Shown one piece after another: positions 41,232-49,047 of a stretch of DNA of 64,000 bases. The notes under the pieces were generated by a model. The model did not search any database. It had not been told where the DNA came from and saw only the letters and a program-made list of their open reading frames with translations. The DNA lies in contig CBDFJU010000002.1 in the NCBI GenBank assembly GCA_965248515.1, forward strand, positions 767,688 through 831,687, given 5' to 3'. A program made the translations under genes and the position numbers. Origin of the DNA: Dehalococcoidia bacterium (GTDB lineage Bacteria > Chloroflexota > Dehalococcoidia > SHYB01). How positions within the stretch are numbered: the stretch's first letter is position 1; every line of letters begins with the position of its first letter.

Positions 41232-43320
41232 GGTCGCCCACGATGCCGTCTGCGATACTCTTGATACGCGTTGGACTCGGCCCTTCCGTCCGACCACCTC
41301 GCGTCACGACCTGTACCAGGCTTGGCACGTCGACGATCAGGACAACTTGCCCATCGCCCAGAACGCTCGCCCCCGACAGGCCTTTGATCTCTCCGATATA
41401 TGCTCCCATCGACTTGGCGACGACTTCCTGCTGCACCCGGACCCCATCCACGACGAGTCCCAGAGAGCGCTCGCCCGAGCGCACCACCACGACATAGCCC
41501 TTCCCTGAGTCGTCGGATCTGGCTCCCTGGCCCAGCCCGAAGGCGTCACTCAGTCTGACGAGGGGGATGATGGCGTCTCGAAGGCGCATGACCTCTCGTC
41601 CTCCCATCGTATGAATCTGGGCAGGGTCGGGCGAGACCGTCTCCAGAATGTGGACCAGTGGAATCGCGTAGACGGTCGGCCCGATTGAAACCAGGAGCGC
41701 CTGAACGGTCGCCAGGGTTAACGGCAACCGGAGCGTGAAGGTTGTCCCCTCCCCAGGCCGAGAGCTCACCAGGACCAGGCCGTTGATGGCCTCGATGTTC
41801 GTCTTCACGATGTCCATGCCGACCCCGCGGCCGGAGACGTCCGTGGTCTTCTTGGCCGTGGTGTAGCCGGGAAGGAAGATCAGGTCCATTGTCTCGGCCT
41901 CGTTGAGCCGAGCAGCCGCCTCCCGGGACAGGAGTCCCTTCTTGACGCCCGCGTCGCGCAGCGCCTCGGGATCGATACCCTTGCCGTCGTCCTCGATCGA
42001 GATGACGATGTGGCTCTGCTCGTGGTACGCGTCGAGCGTGATTCGGGCGGCCTCCGGCTTCCCAGCGCTCTTCCGCTGCTGGGCCGATTCGACCCCGTGG
42101 TCCAACGCATTGCGCAGCAGATGGACGACGGGGTCGCGGATATGCTCGATCACACTGCGATCAATCTCGGTGTCCTGTCCCTTGACCTGAAAGTCGAGCT
42201 TCTTTTTCATCTTCTGGGCGAGGTCCCGCATCATCCGGGGGAAGCTGTTGAACACCGTCCCGATGGGGAGCATGCGGACCTTCATGATGTCTTCCTGGAG
42301 CTCGTCGACGACCTTCGCGATGTGGGTAGTCGTCTTGCCCAGGGCTTCCAGCAGATCGTCGTCCTGGTAACGAGACTCGAGCATCTTCGCGACCTGAAGC
42401 AGCCGGGTGCGGTCGATCACGAGCTCGCCGATGACGTTCATCAGGCTGTCGAGCCGCTCGACGTCGATTCGCATGGTCTGCGAAAGGGCGGCCGACCGCT
42501 TGGGTGCGTTGTCGCCGCCGGTCGGCGGGCCTTCCTTCCGCTCTGGAGGGCCGTCGTTGGACCGCTCATAGGGCGACACCGCAATCCCGGCAATGTCCGG
42601 GACCTCTTCCACGCTGGCGCTGAGGGCCGCCGGCTCCGCCGACGTTGCCAGGACGACCTCCAGCCTGGTGTCCGTGACCTCGGCGCGGTCGATGAGCTCC
42701 AGCGACGGGTTGCTCGCGATGATCTCGCCCAGTCCCCGCAGCTCTTCGATGATCTGATAGCAGCGCACGACAGCCCACTCTGTCGTCTGTTCCAGCTCGA
42801 TGCGGATATGCTGCACTGTCTTTCCGCCCGCCTGGGCCACGACGACCCGGCCTTCCGCTGCTTCGTCGAGCACCAGTCCGCGCTCCGCCGAGCCGGGGTG
42901 CTCCGAGCTGGGGCGGACGCCGTCTTGCTCCGCCACGGCCGCCTTGAGGGCCTCCAGGGCGCCCTCGACGGCGACGGGGTCCCCGTCGGGTTGGCTCAGG
43001 GCGTCTGTGAGCGCTCTGAGGACGTCGAGGCAGCCCAGAAGAGCGTCGATCGCCTGGGTCGTCGCTTTCAGATCGCCACGCCTCACGCGGTCGAGAAGGC
43101 TCTCCATCGCGTGGGCCAGCTCGGCCATCGCGGTGTAGCCGAGCATCGCCGACGACCCCTTCAGCGTGTGGGCCGCCCGGAATATCTCCTGGATGACCTC
43201 GGCATCCTCTCCCCCGCGCTCCAACTTGAGGATGGACTCATCGAGCAACTGGAGATGCTCTTCAGCCTCCTGCAAGAAGACGATCAAGTCGTCGGGTGTG
43301 ATGTCGGGGGCAAGCTCCAT
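41206..43320 (-). CDS. cheA: Chemotaxis histidine kinase CheA
   Basis: IFRAAHTLKGSS HPt, RIDVERLD, HLLRNALDHG, DVSGRGVGMD, C-terminal CheW-like domain. Confidence 0.95.
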   Translation of the reverse strand: MELAPDITPDDLIVFLQEAEEHLQLLDESILKLERGGEDAEVIQEIFRAAHTLKGSSAMLGYTAMAELAHAMESLLDRVRRGDLKATTQAIDALLGCLDVLRALTDALSQPDGDPVAVEGALEALKAAVAEQDGVRPSSEHPGSAERGLVLDEAAEGRVVVAQAGGKTVQHIRIELEQTTEWAVVRCYQIIEELRGLGEIIASNPSLELIDRAEVTDTRLEVVLATSAEPAALSASVEEVPDIAGIAVSPYERSNDGPPERKEGPPTGGDNAPKRSAALSQTMRIDVERLDSLMNVIGELVIDRTRLLQVAKMLESRYQDDDLLEALGKTTTHIAKVVDELQEDIMKVRMLPIGTVFNSFPRMMRDLAQKMKKKLDFQVKGQDTEIDRSVIEHIRDPVVHLLRNALDHGVESAQQRKSAGKPEAARITLDAYHEQSHIVISIEDDGKGIDPEALRDAGVKKGLLSREAAARLNEAETMDLIFLPGYTTAKKTTDVSGRGVGMDIVKTNIEAINGLVLVSSRPGEGTTFTLRLPLTLATVQALLVSIGPTVYAIPLVHILETVSPDPAQIHTMGGREVMRLRDAIIPLVRLSDAFGLGQGARSDDSGKGYVVVVRSGERSLGLVVDGVRVQQEVVAKSMGAYIGEIKGLSGASVLGDGQVVLIVDVPSLVQVVTRGGRTEGPSPTRIKSIADGIVGDRGTAVKAA

Positions 43321-43363
43321 GAAGGCCTCGGTATCTTTCCTTGTTGGGGGCTCCGAAGGTCGC

Positions 43364-43867
43364 TCAGGCGGCCGCGGCGCCGACGAGGGTGGTGATGCTG
43401 TCCTGCTGCGACCCAGAGAGCACTCGTTCCAGATCGAGCAGGATGATCATCCTCCCTTCGAGTTTCGCGATCCCGATCAGATACTCCGAGTCCTCGTTCG
43501 TAATCACGAGCGAAGGCGGCTCGATTGAATCCTCCGAGATGCGCATCACCTCGTTGACGGCGTCGACGATCATGCCGATGCTCTGGCTCGCGATGTCGAC
43601 GACGACGATACGGTTGTCCTTGCTAACCTCGCCGTGCTCCAGACCAAATCGCTTTCGCAGATCGACAACCGGAATCACCTTCCCCCGGATATTGATCACT
43701 CCCTCGACGAAGTTCGCCGTCTCGGGTACGCCGGTGATCTCCTCCATCCTGATGATCTCGAGTACGGCGTTGATGTCGACGCCGTAGGCCTCGCCGGCCA
43801 GATCGAAGACCACGATCTGCTGCTCCTGGCTTTCACTCTGCTGCTGGGTCTGTCCCTTTTCGCCCAT
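43364..43867 (-). CDS. cheW: Chemotaxis adaptor CheW
   Basis: AAGGAGG RBS and ATG 43867; VVFDLAGEAYGVDI, GVINIRGKVIPVVDLRKRF, GMIVDAV. Confidence 0.95.
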   Translation of the reverse strand: MGEKGQTQQQSESQEQQIVVFDLAGEAYGVDINAVLEIIRMEEITGVPETANFVEGVINIRGKVIPVVDLRKRFGLEHGEVSKDNRIVVVDIASQSIGMIVDAVNEVMRISEDSIEPPSLVITNEDSEYLIGIAKLEGRMIILLDLERVLSGSQQDSITTLVGAAAA

Positions 43868-44053
43868 GGGGCACCTGCCTCCTTGCCGCTGTTTTGAGGA
43901 AGAACGCGACACTTTCAAACCTATCCGCTATCGGTCGCGCCGGTAATGGCAGAACTCCTCATTTCGTTTGGGGGACGCCGGTCGGTAACCATGGTGGAAA
44001 AGCCGCTTCAAGGGGCTGAGGGGCTTCACGCACGAATGAATGGAATGCGATGG

Positions 44054-44080
44054 GTATCGATGAAGCCACCAGACACTGAA
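44054..44080 (-). promoter_or_regulatory. Putative sigma28-like promoter upstream of cheW; overlaps a TTC PAM plus spacer-seed match
   Basis: Minus strand TTCAGTGT-N11-ATCGATAC versus consensus TAAAGTTT-N11-GCCGATAA (5/8 and 5/8). Confidence 0.35.
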
Positions 44081-44170
44081 TAATTCCCGCTCACCCTTGG
44101 GTGGCGTGGGTACCAGCATCTCGCGACCAACTGGGGGTGGGCATGCCGCTGGAGGTCGCGTGGCTTGGTC

Positions 44171-44263
44171 GGAAGGACTCCAGGGGCCTTCCTGGTATCA
44201 CCGGCCACTAAGAGACAACACACTGTTTCAATCCTCGACCCTCTTTCGACGAAGGTCGCAGAT
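44171..44263 (-). CRISPR. Mini-array: one type I-C-like repeat, a 32-nt spacer and a terminal hairpin (possible degenerate repeat)
   Basis: Minus strand ATCTGCGACCTTCGTCGAAAGAGGGTCGAGGATTGAAAC (44263-44225): 8-bp stem followed by an 11-nt AGGATTGAAAC handle; spacer AGTGTGTTGTCTCTTAGTGGCCGGTGATACCA (44224-44193); hairpin GGAAGG-N10-CCTTCC (44192-44171). Confidence 0.75.
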
Positions 44264-44281
44264 CCGGCGGGCAGCCGCCGG
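44264..44281. repeat. GC hairpin between the cas7 stop and the CRISPR repeat
   Basis: CCGGCGG-GCAG-CCGCCGG. Confidence 0.6.
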
Positions 44282-44288
44282 GCGAAGC

Positions 44289-45181
44289 CTATCCAACGAG
44301 ACGAGCGAGCGAGATGCCGGGTGGAAGCGCTCGGTCGTCGACGGTCACCTCGTAGTCCTGAAAGCGACGCGGTGTCGGCGCCCGCAACCTCGCGGTCACA
44401 AGCTCGACAAGCGTATAGGCGGGAGCGTCACCAGCCTTGGCGCTGTGCGTGAACACGTAGAGCCCGCGGCAGGTCATGGTCCCCCGGTTCACCGACCGGT
44501 CCAGGTCCCAGAGGTTTGTCAGCGCATCCCAGAGCAACGACAGGTCCTCCGCCGATGCCCCGGTGTCGTCGGCAAGGAACGGGTTAAACGCGCCCCTCGT
44601 GACGTAGAGGCCATAGGGCACGACGAACCGCCGCCCCATCTGCCCCGATACGGCTTCCACATCCTCTACCTCCCCGCGGGCGACGTCGTCGGGATTGGTG
44701 AGGGCCACCCGCGTAATGGCGAGGTCGATCGGGTTGATCGGGTCCACCGAGCGGGCGAAGGAGAGCTGAACTGGTCCCCTTACCTGGCCGCAATTCCACT
44801 GCTTCCCCCGGAGCTCGCTCCGGCCCGTGGTCATCACGGCGCCGAACATGCGGACGTCGTAATACAGTTGGCACATCTTCCGCCGTGCGTCGTAATTCAC
44901 CGATGCCGATGGCGGGGCGTTCAGTCGCGCGTAGGCCCTCCTCTGCTCCCGCGCCAGAATGCCGCGATGCTTCACGTAGATGTCCTGGTCGTGGACCCGA
45001 TGAACGTAGTCGCGCACCTTGCGTTTCAGGCACACGTCGGTGACCCACCCGTGCATCGTCTCGGGGTCGACGGGGGCATGTTGCCGGCATCGGGGTCGCC
45101 GTTGGGGTTCCCGTCTGTGACGTCGAACACGAGCACGAAGTCGTGGCGCTTGCTGGGGTCGGTGTGGACGGCATCGGTCAT
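44289..45181 (-). CDS. cas7: Type I-C Cas7 (Csd2); 1-nt frameshift at ~45072-45076
   Basis: RHDFVLVFDVTDGNPNGDPDAGNMP (from ATG 45181) joins VDPET..VTDVCLKRKVRDY, YDVRMFGAVM, GQVRGPVQLSFARS, MGRR..VPYGLY. Confidence 0.92.
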
Positions 45182-45198
45182 GGCACGCTCTTTCTGGC

Positions 45199-46908
45199 CT
45201 AGGCGGCCCGTACGTCTCGTTGCCGGGCTGCGACGTCGGCCGGCGCCACATGCAGCCCGGCCCTCTGGTAGTAGTAGCCGAGGGCGAAGAGGCCTTGTCC
45301 TCGGAGGTCCAGCGATTCTGGGAAGGCGGGGAGCTGGCCCAACAACGCGGACACCTCGCCCTGGAGAGCGGCATGGAGCGGCCGGGTCGCGCGTCGGATC
45401 CGCCCCAGGTGTTCCGTGGCAATGCCGATCAACCGCGGGAAGACGCGAGCGGGGGCGGTGGCGGCGGCGCCGAAGGAGCGCCGTGCCGCCGTGGTCTTTG
45501 CCCCGGGGACGGCCCGGCGATGGACGAGGTCCCACAGCGCGAGGAGTCGTCCACAGAGGTAGGCGTGCTCGCTGCCCATCAGCGCTTCGAAGGCGGGACG
45601 TTCCGCCCGAGTGAGGAGAAGGAGCTTGATCAGGGAAGCGAGGGGAGCCTCCATGAACGTCTGTCCGCCATCGGCGACGGTCCTCCCGAGCGAGGCCCGG
45701 CGCACGGCGAGATGCAGAAGCCACTGGGGCAGCGAATCCCCGGCGAAGGCATTCCTGACAAGCGCCCGCGCAACATTCGGGGAGAGACGCGATCTCTCCG
45801 GCGCGCGGCCCTCGCGGCGGCCGGGCAGGACGAGGCTGCGTTCCAGGGCGTGGGGCGAATACCAGCTCCACCGACCTTCTCGATCTGGTAGCCCCTGTCG
45901 AGCGAAATAGGTGGCGAGGTGTTGCCGGGCGGCAAGCACGGTAGTGTCGATCCAGTCCCGGAGAACGATGCGCCCCCCACTCGGAGAAAAGCAGGCGCCA
46001 TACCAGCGGTCGTCGGTCGCCACGCCGTTGCTTGGCTCCAGCGACAGGGAGCGGACGCCGTACTCGTCGGGATGGGCCAGGAGCCCGAGCAGGTTTCCGG
46101 TAGAGCCCTGGTCCGTAAACGCCACGATGGTCGTCATGGAATCCGGCAACAGCGTGTGGGCTGCGTCGTCACTCAGGAGTGCCGTCAGCGTCTCCGTGTA
46201 CCCCTGGGCGCAGGATTGGCAGACAGGGCTCGTTAGGCCCTGGTTGAGCCCATACGACTGGAAGGCTGGGCTATTGGCCGAGACAAGCGCCATCCCTGCT
46301 GGCTGGCCTCCCGCTATGCCCCGAACAATTGGATGGACGCGGGCGATGGGCGCGCTCTTGCCGCACACGAGGCATTCCCCAACAGGCCCCGAATCGAGCC
46401 GCCGCGCCCACCATACCTGGACCGCCTCCCGGTCCACCACCGGCGACTGACCTTCGACACGGAACGCGCATATGTCGTCGCCGAAGAGATCGCCGGGGAG
46501 CTCGAGTTGGGCCGGATTGAGGGTCTCGAGGAAGCGCTGCACGGCGATGACGGCAGGGTCTCCGGTGTCCCGGGCGCAGGCGTGGACCAGGTCGACGAAG
46601 GCGGCGTGGCCCAGGATCGTCCGGGCCCGGCTTCGGGTGCCAAGCATGGGACTCAGGCGCGCCAGGGCGTGCGCGCCGGAATCGGCCAGCAGCCGCGCCG
46701 CCACGTTGTTTGTAACCCGAACGTACGGGAGCGGCCAGCGGACCCCTACCTTGCGCTCCTGAGGCCCCGTTGCTTCCGACGTTCTGACAACATCGACGAG
46801 CCGGCCGTTGAGATCGAGGTCCAGCCACCAGTGGACCGGCGCGGTGCGATATCCGGGAGGCACCGGGACGCCGATCCTCTCGCGGCACTCGACGAGCGCC
46901 CTAAGCAC
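45199..46908 (-). CDS. cas8c: Type I-C Cas8c (Csd1)
   Basis: GTG 46908 overlapping the cas5 stop; MLRALVE, PPGY, CLVCG..ARVHP, LVSANSPAFQSYG, PVCQSCA, AYLCGRLLA, QGLFALGYYYQR. Confidence 0.9.
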   Translation of the reverse strand: MLRALVECRERIGVPVPPGYRTAPVHWWLDLDLNGRLVDVVRTSEATGPQERKVGVRWPLPYVRVTNNVAARLLADSGAHALARLSPMLGTRSRARTILGHAAFVDLVHACARDTGDPAVIAVQRFLETLNPAQLELPGDLFGDDICAFRVEGQSPVVDREAVQVWWARRLDSGPVGECLVCGKSAPIARVHPIVRGIAGGQPAGMALVSANSPAFQSYGLNQGLTSPVCQSCAQGYTETLTALLSDDAAHTLLPDSMTTIVAFTDQGSTGNLLGLLAHPDEYGVRSLSLEPSNGVATDDRWYGACFSPSGGRIVLRDWIDTTVLAARQHLATYFARQGLPDREGRWSWYSPHALERSLVLPGRREGRAPERSRLSPNVARALVRNAFAGDSLPQWLLHLAVRRASLGRTVADGGQTFMEAPLASLIKLLLLTRAERPAFEALMGSEHAYLCGRLLALWDLVHRRAVPGAKTTAARRSFGAAATAPARVFPRLIGIATEHLGRIRRATRPLHAALQGEVSALLGQLPAFPESLDLRGQGLFALGYYYQRAGLHVAPADVAARQRDVRAA

Positions 46909-47560
46909 GGTGGCGGGCCCCAACCGCCAGGTAAAGGTTTTGTGGGATGCGCATCGCACCGTGCTCGAGCCTTGGGAAGAAGAACCGGGGCAGGGCCGGA
47001 TGGCCGTCCGACCCGTAATCCAGGTCGAACAACATCGGTCCAAGGTCCTCGGATATCGGTTGCGGCCTGTCGCCTTTCCGCGGCAGGCCGAAGAAGGCGG
47101 GGAACTCCCGGCAGCCGAGGTAAGGGGTCTGGAAGCATTGTCCTCGCTGCACGCGGCGACGGAATTGGTCCCGATACCCCGCGGGGTCCAGGTTACTCGC
47201 GTGTGGCTTCAAGACGACGTCCGCGTGCACGATGTACGCGACGTCGCGCAATGCGAGCGTATGACGCTGCGCTCGGTGCTCGTCCGCCAGGAAGTCGGGG
47301 CCCGCCCCCACTCGAAGTGTTGCCTTCTCCGTTACCTCGTTCCGGACCAGGGAAACGAACTGTACCGGGCGCAGGACGAGGATCTCGCGGATCTCCCACG
47401 AGAACTCGGGACGCCAGAAGATCGACTCCAGGGCGCCTCGCGCCGCCGAGGGTGTCATGACCGGGTAGCTCACGCGCTCGACCTTCATCTCGGGCCGGGT
47501 GAAGCAGGCGAACTCGCCCCAAAACCGCGCCACTAACGGGGGATCACTGAACGTCGTCAT
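46901..47560 (-). CDS. cas5: Type I-C Cas5 (Cas5d)
   Basis: GGAGG RBS and ATG 47560; WGEFACFTRPEMKVERVSYPVMTPSAARGALESIFWRP, GQCFQTPYLGCREF, DLGPMLFD. Confidence 0.95.
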   Translation of the reverse strand: MTTFSDPPLVARFWGEFACFTRPEMKVERVSYPVMTPSAARGALESIFWRPEFSWEIREILVLRPVQFVSLVRNEVTEKATLRVGAGPDFLADEHRAQRHTLALRDVAYIVHADVVLKPHASNLDPAGYRDQFRRRVQRGQCFQTPYLGCREFPAFFGLPRKGDRPQPISEDLGPMLFDLDYGSDGHPALPRFFFPRLEHGAMRIPQNLYLAVGARHRA

Positions 47561-47610
47561 CGACCATCCTCCACGCATGCGGACAGACTGCCGCTGGGTC
47601 CGCTACTTGA

Positions 47611-47640
47611 ATGGTAGGGTCGACTACACTGAAGTGACAA
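47611..47640 (-). promoter_or_regulatory. Predicted sigma70 promoter of the cas operon
   Basis: TTGTCA-N18-TACCAT on the minus strand ~50 nt upstream of cas5; the inter-hexamer region contains TTC-AGTGT. Confidence 0.55.
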
Positions 47641-47716
47641 AGCCTGCTCCCTTCGGATGCCTACGAAGGGACAGGGTCGCGCCCAGTGAGCAGGTCCTCG
47701 AAAGGAGTCGAGGGGT

Positions 47717-48409
47717 TTAGGACTGGGGGGTAGCCGGGGTGGGGACGGCTTTCCACGTCGCCAGCTCGCGGACGCCGTCGACTCGCCAGGAGAGGTTCCC
47801 GTTCGTGACCAGCTGGAGCTCGTTCTGGATGTGCTGGTTGCCGGGCAGGACGATCTCGACGATGGCCGACGCGGTGTGGCAGCCGATCGACGGGGCGCGC
47901 AGGCTCACCAGATCGAGGCCTTTCCCGAGGTCCCGGGACGCCTCGGGGTAGAACGACTCAGTGGTGACACGGCGAAGGCCATCGATGTTGCTCTCGCGCA
48001 GGAAGCGGAGGTACTCCCTGACAGCGCTCTCCACAACCTCTCGCCGCTGAATCACCTGGCTTGCCGCGCCGCCGATGCCGCCGAGGTTCGACGAGCCGCT
48101 GGAGATGGCCACGCGGCCCTCGACGAGAAGCGAGAAGCCCCGGGCGCCGCCGTCCACGGTGCAGATCACGCTATGGCCGCGCCGCTCCAGCTCGTCGCGT
48201 AGGGCCAACGCAACGTCAAGGGCCGTCTGCCCTGCGGAGACCGGCACCTCGATCTTGGAAGGGGCCGAGAGGACGAGGGTGCCGTCCGCCGTCGCCGAGC
48301 CCTGCAGGCTTACCTCGTAGATGTCGGCGACCTGCTTGGTGTCTCCGTCGTTGGCGCAGGCAGCCACCAGAATTAGGGTGAGGACGGCCAGACTCAGGAG
48401 ACGACGCAT
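47717..48409 (-). CDS. Hypothetical lipoprotein
   Basis: GGAGG RBS; signal peptide MRRLLSLAVLTLILVAAC with lipobox. Confidence 0.7.
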   Translation of the reverse strand: MRRLLSLAVLTLILVAACANDGDTKQVADIYEVSLQGSATADGTLVLSAPSKIEVPVSAGQTALDVALALRDELERRGHSVICTVDGGARGFSLLVEGRVAISSGSSNLGGIGGAASQVIQRREVVESAVREYLRFLRESNIDGLRRVTTESFYPEASRDLGKGLDLVSLRAPSIGCHTASAIVEIVLPGNQHIQNELQLVTNGNLSWRVDGVRELATWKAVPTPATPQS

Positions 48410-48505
48410 CGGACCTCCAAGATCTGCTTCAGTCTACGCTTTTGAACCCGGTTTGGGAAGTCGTCCGATGCTTGCAGGCCTGAAACGAGGCCCCTAGAAT
48501 CGTCC

Positions 48506-48949
48506 ATGCACCCCCGGCCAAGGAGTATCCACTTGATCGACACGCGCCGCCTCTCCTACCAGACCGAAGGGGATGGCCAGGTTATCGACCTGTCCGCCGA
48601 CCTTGCCAGGGAGCTCGCGAGTTCGGAGGTCTCCGAGGGCACCGTCACCATCTTCGTGGCGGGAACCACTGCTGGAGTCACCATCATGGAGTACGAGCCC
48701 GGCCTCGTCGACGACATGCAGACATTCATGGAGCGGGTGGCCCCTCGCGACGTCCCTTACCAGCACAACATCCTCAATCGCGACGACAACGGCCACTCCC
48801 ACACGCGGGCCATGTTGATGGGCCCGTCGCTGGTCGTTCCCTTGGCCGAGGGCCTTCAGTTGCTCGGGACCTGGCAGCGCGTGGTCCTCGTCGACTTCGA
48901 TAGCCGGCCCAGGGTACGCGAGGTCGTGCTCCAGATCATGGGCGAGTAG
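48506..48949 (+). CDS. yjbQ: YjbQ/UPF0047 family protein
   Basis: TTAGVTIMEYEPGL, YQHN..DDNGHSH, LGTWQRVVLVDFD; start may be a few codons downstream. Confidence 0.85.
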   Translation: MHPRPRSIHLIDTRRLSYQTEGDGQVIDLSADLARELASSEVSEGTVTIFVAGTTAGVTIMEYEPGLVDDMQTFMERVAPRDVPYQHNILNRDDNGHSHTRAMLMGPSLVVPLAEGLQLLGTWQRVVLVDFDSRPRVREVVLQIMGE

Positions 48950-49047
48950 CCGCGGGCTCGAACACACGTCGCGGCGGTTCGTTGACGCTCTTCAGAGGCC
49001 TTGCTAGGATGAGGTCTGCGTTTTGAAGCAGTTCGTCGGGAGGCAAC

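Noticed and set aside
44171-44263. Conventional multi-spacer CRISPR array
   Set aside because: Only one full repeat was seen; I found no further ATTGAAAC-ending copies near the cas genes.
47643-47675. Hairpin TCCCTTCG-N8-CGAAGGGA upstream of cas5 as a degenerate second repeat
   Set aside because: It shares only CCTTCGT and a vague tail with the repeat; a terminator for the lipoprotein gene is a simpler reading.
44289-48409. CRISPR-associated transposon or phage-borne Cascade
   Set aside because: No tns/tniQ, integrase, transposase or phage genes recognised in the window; the upstream gene is a lipoprotein.
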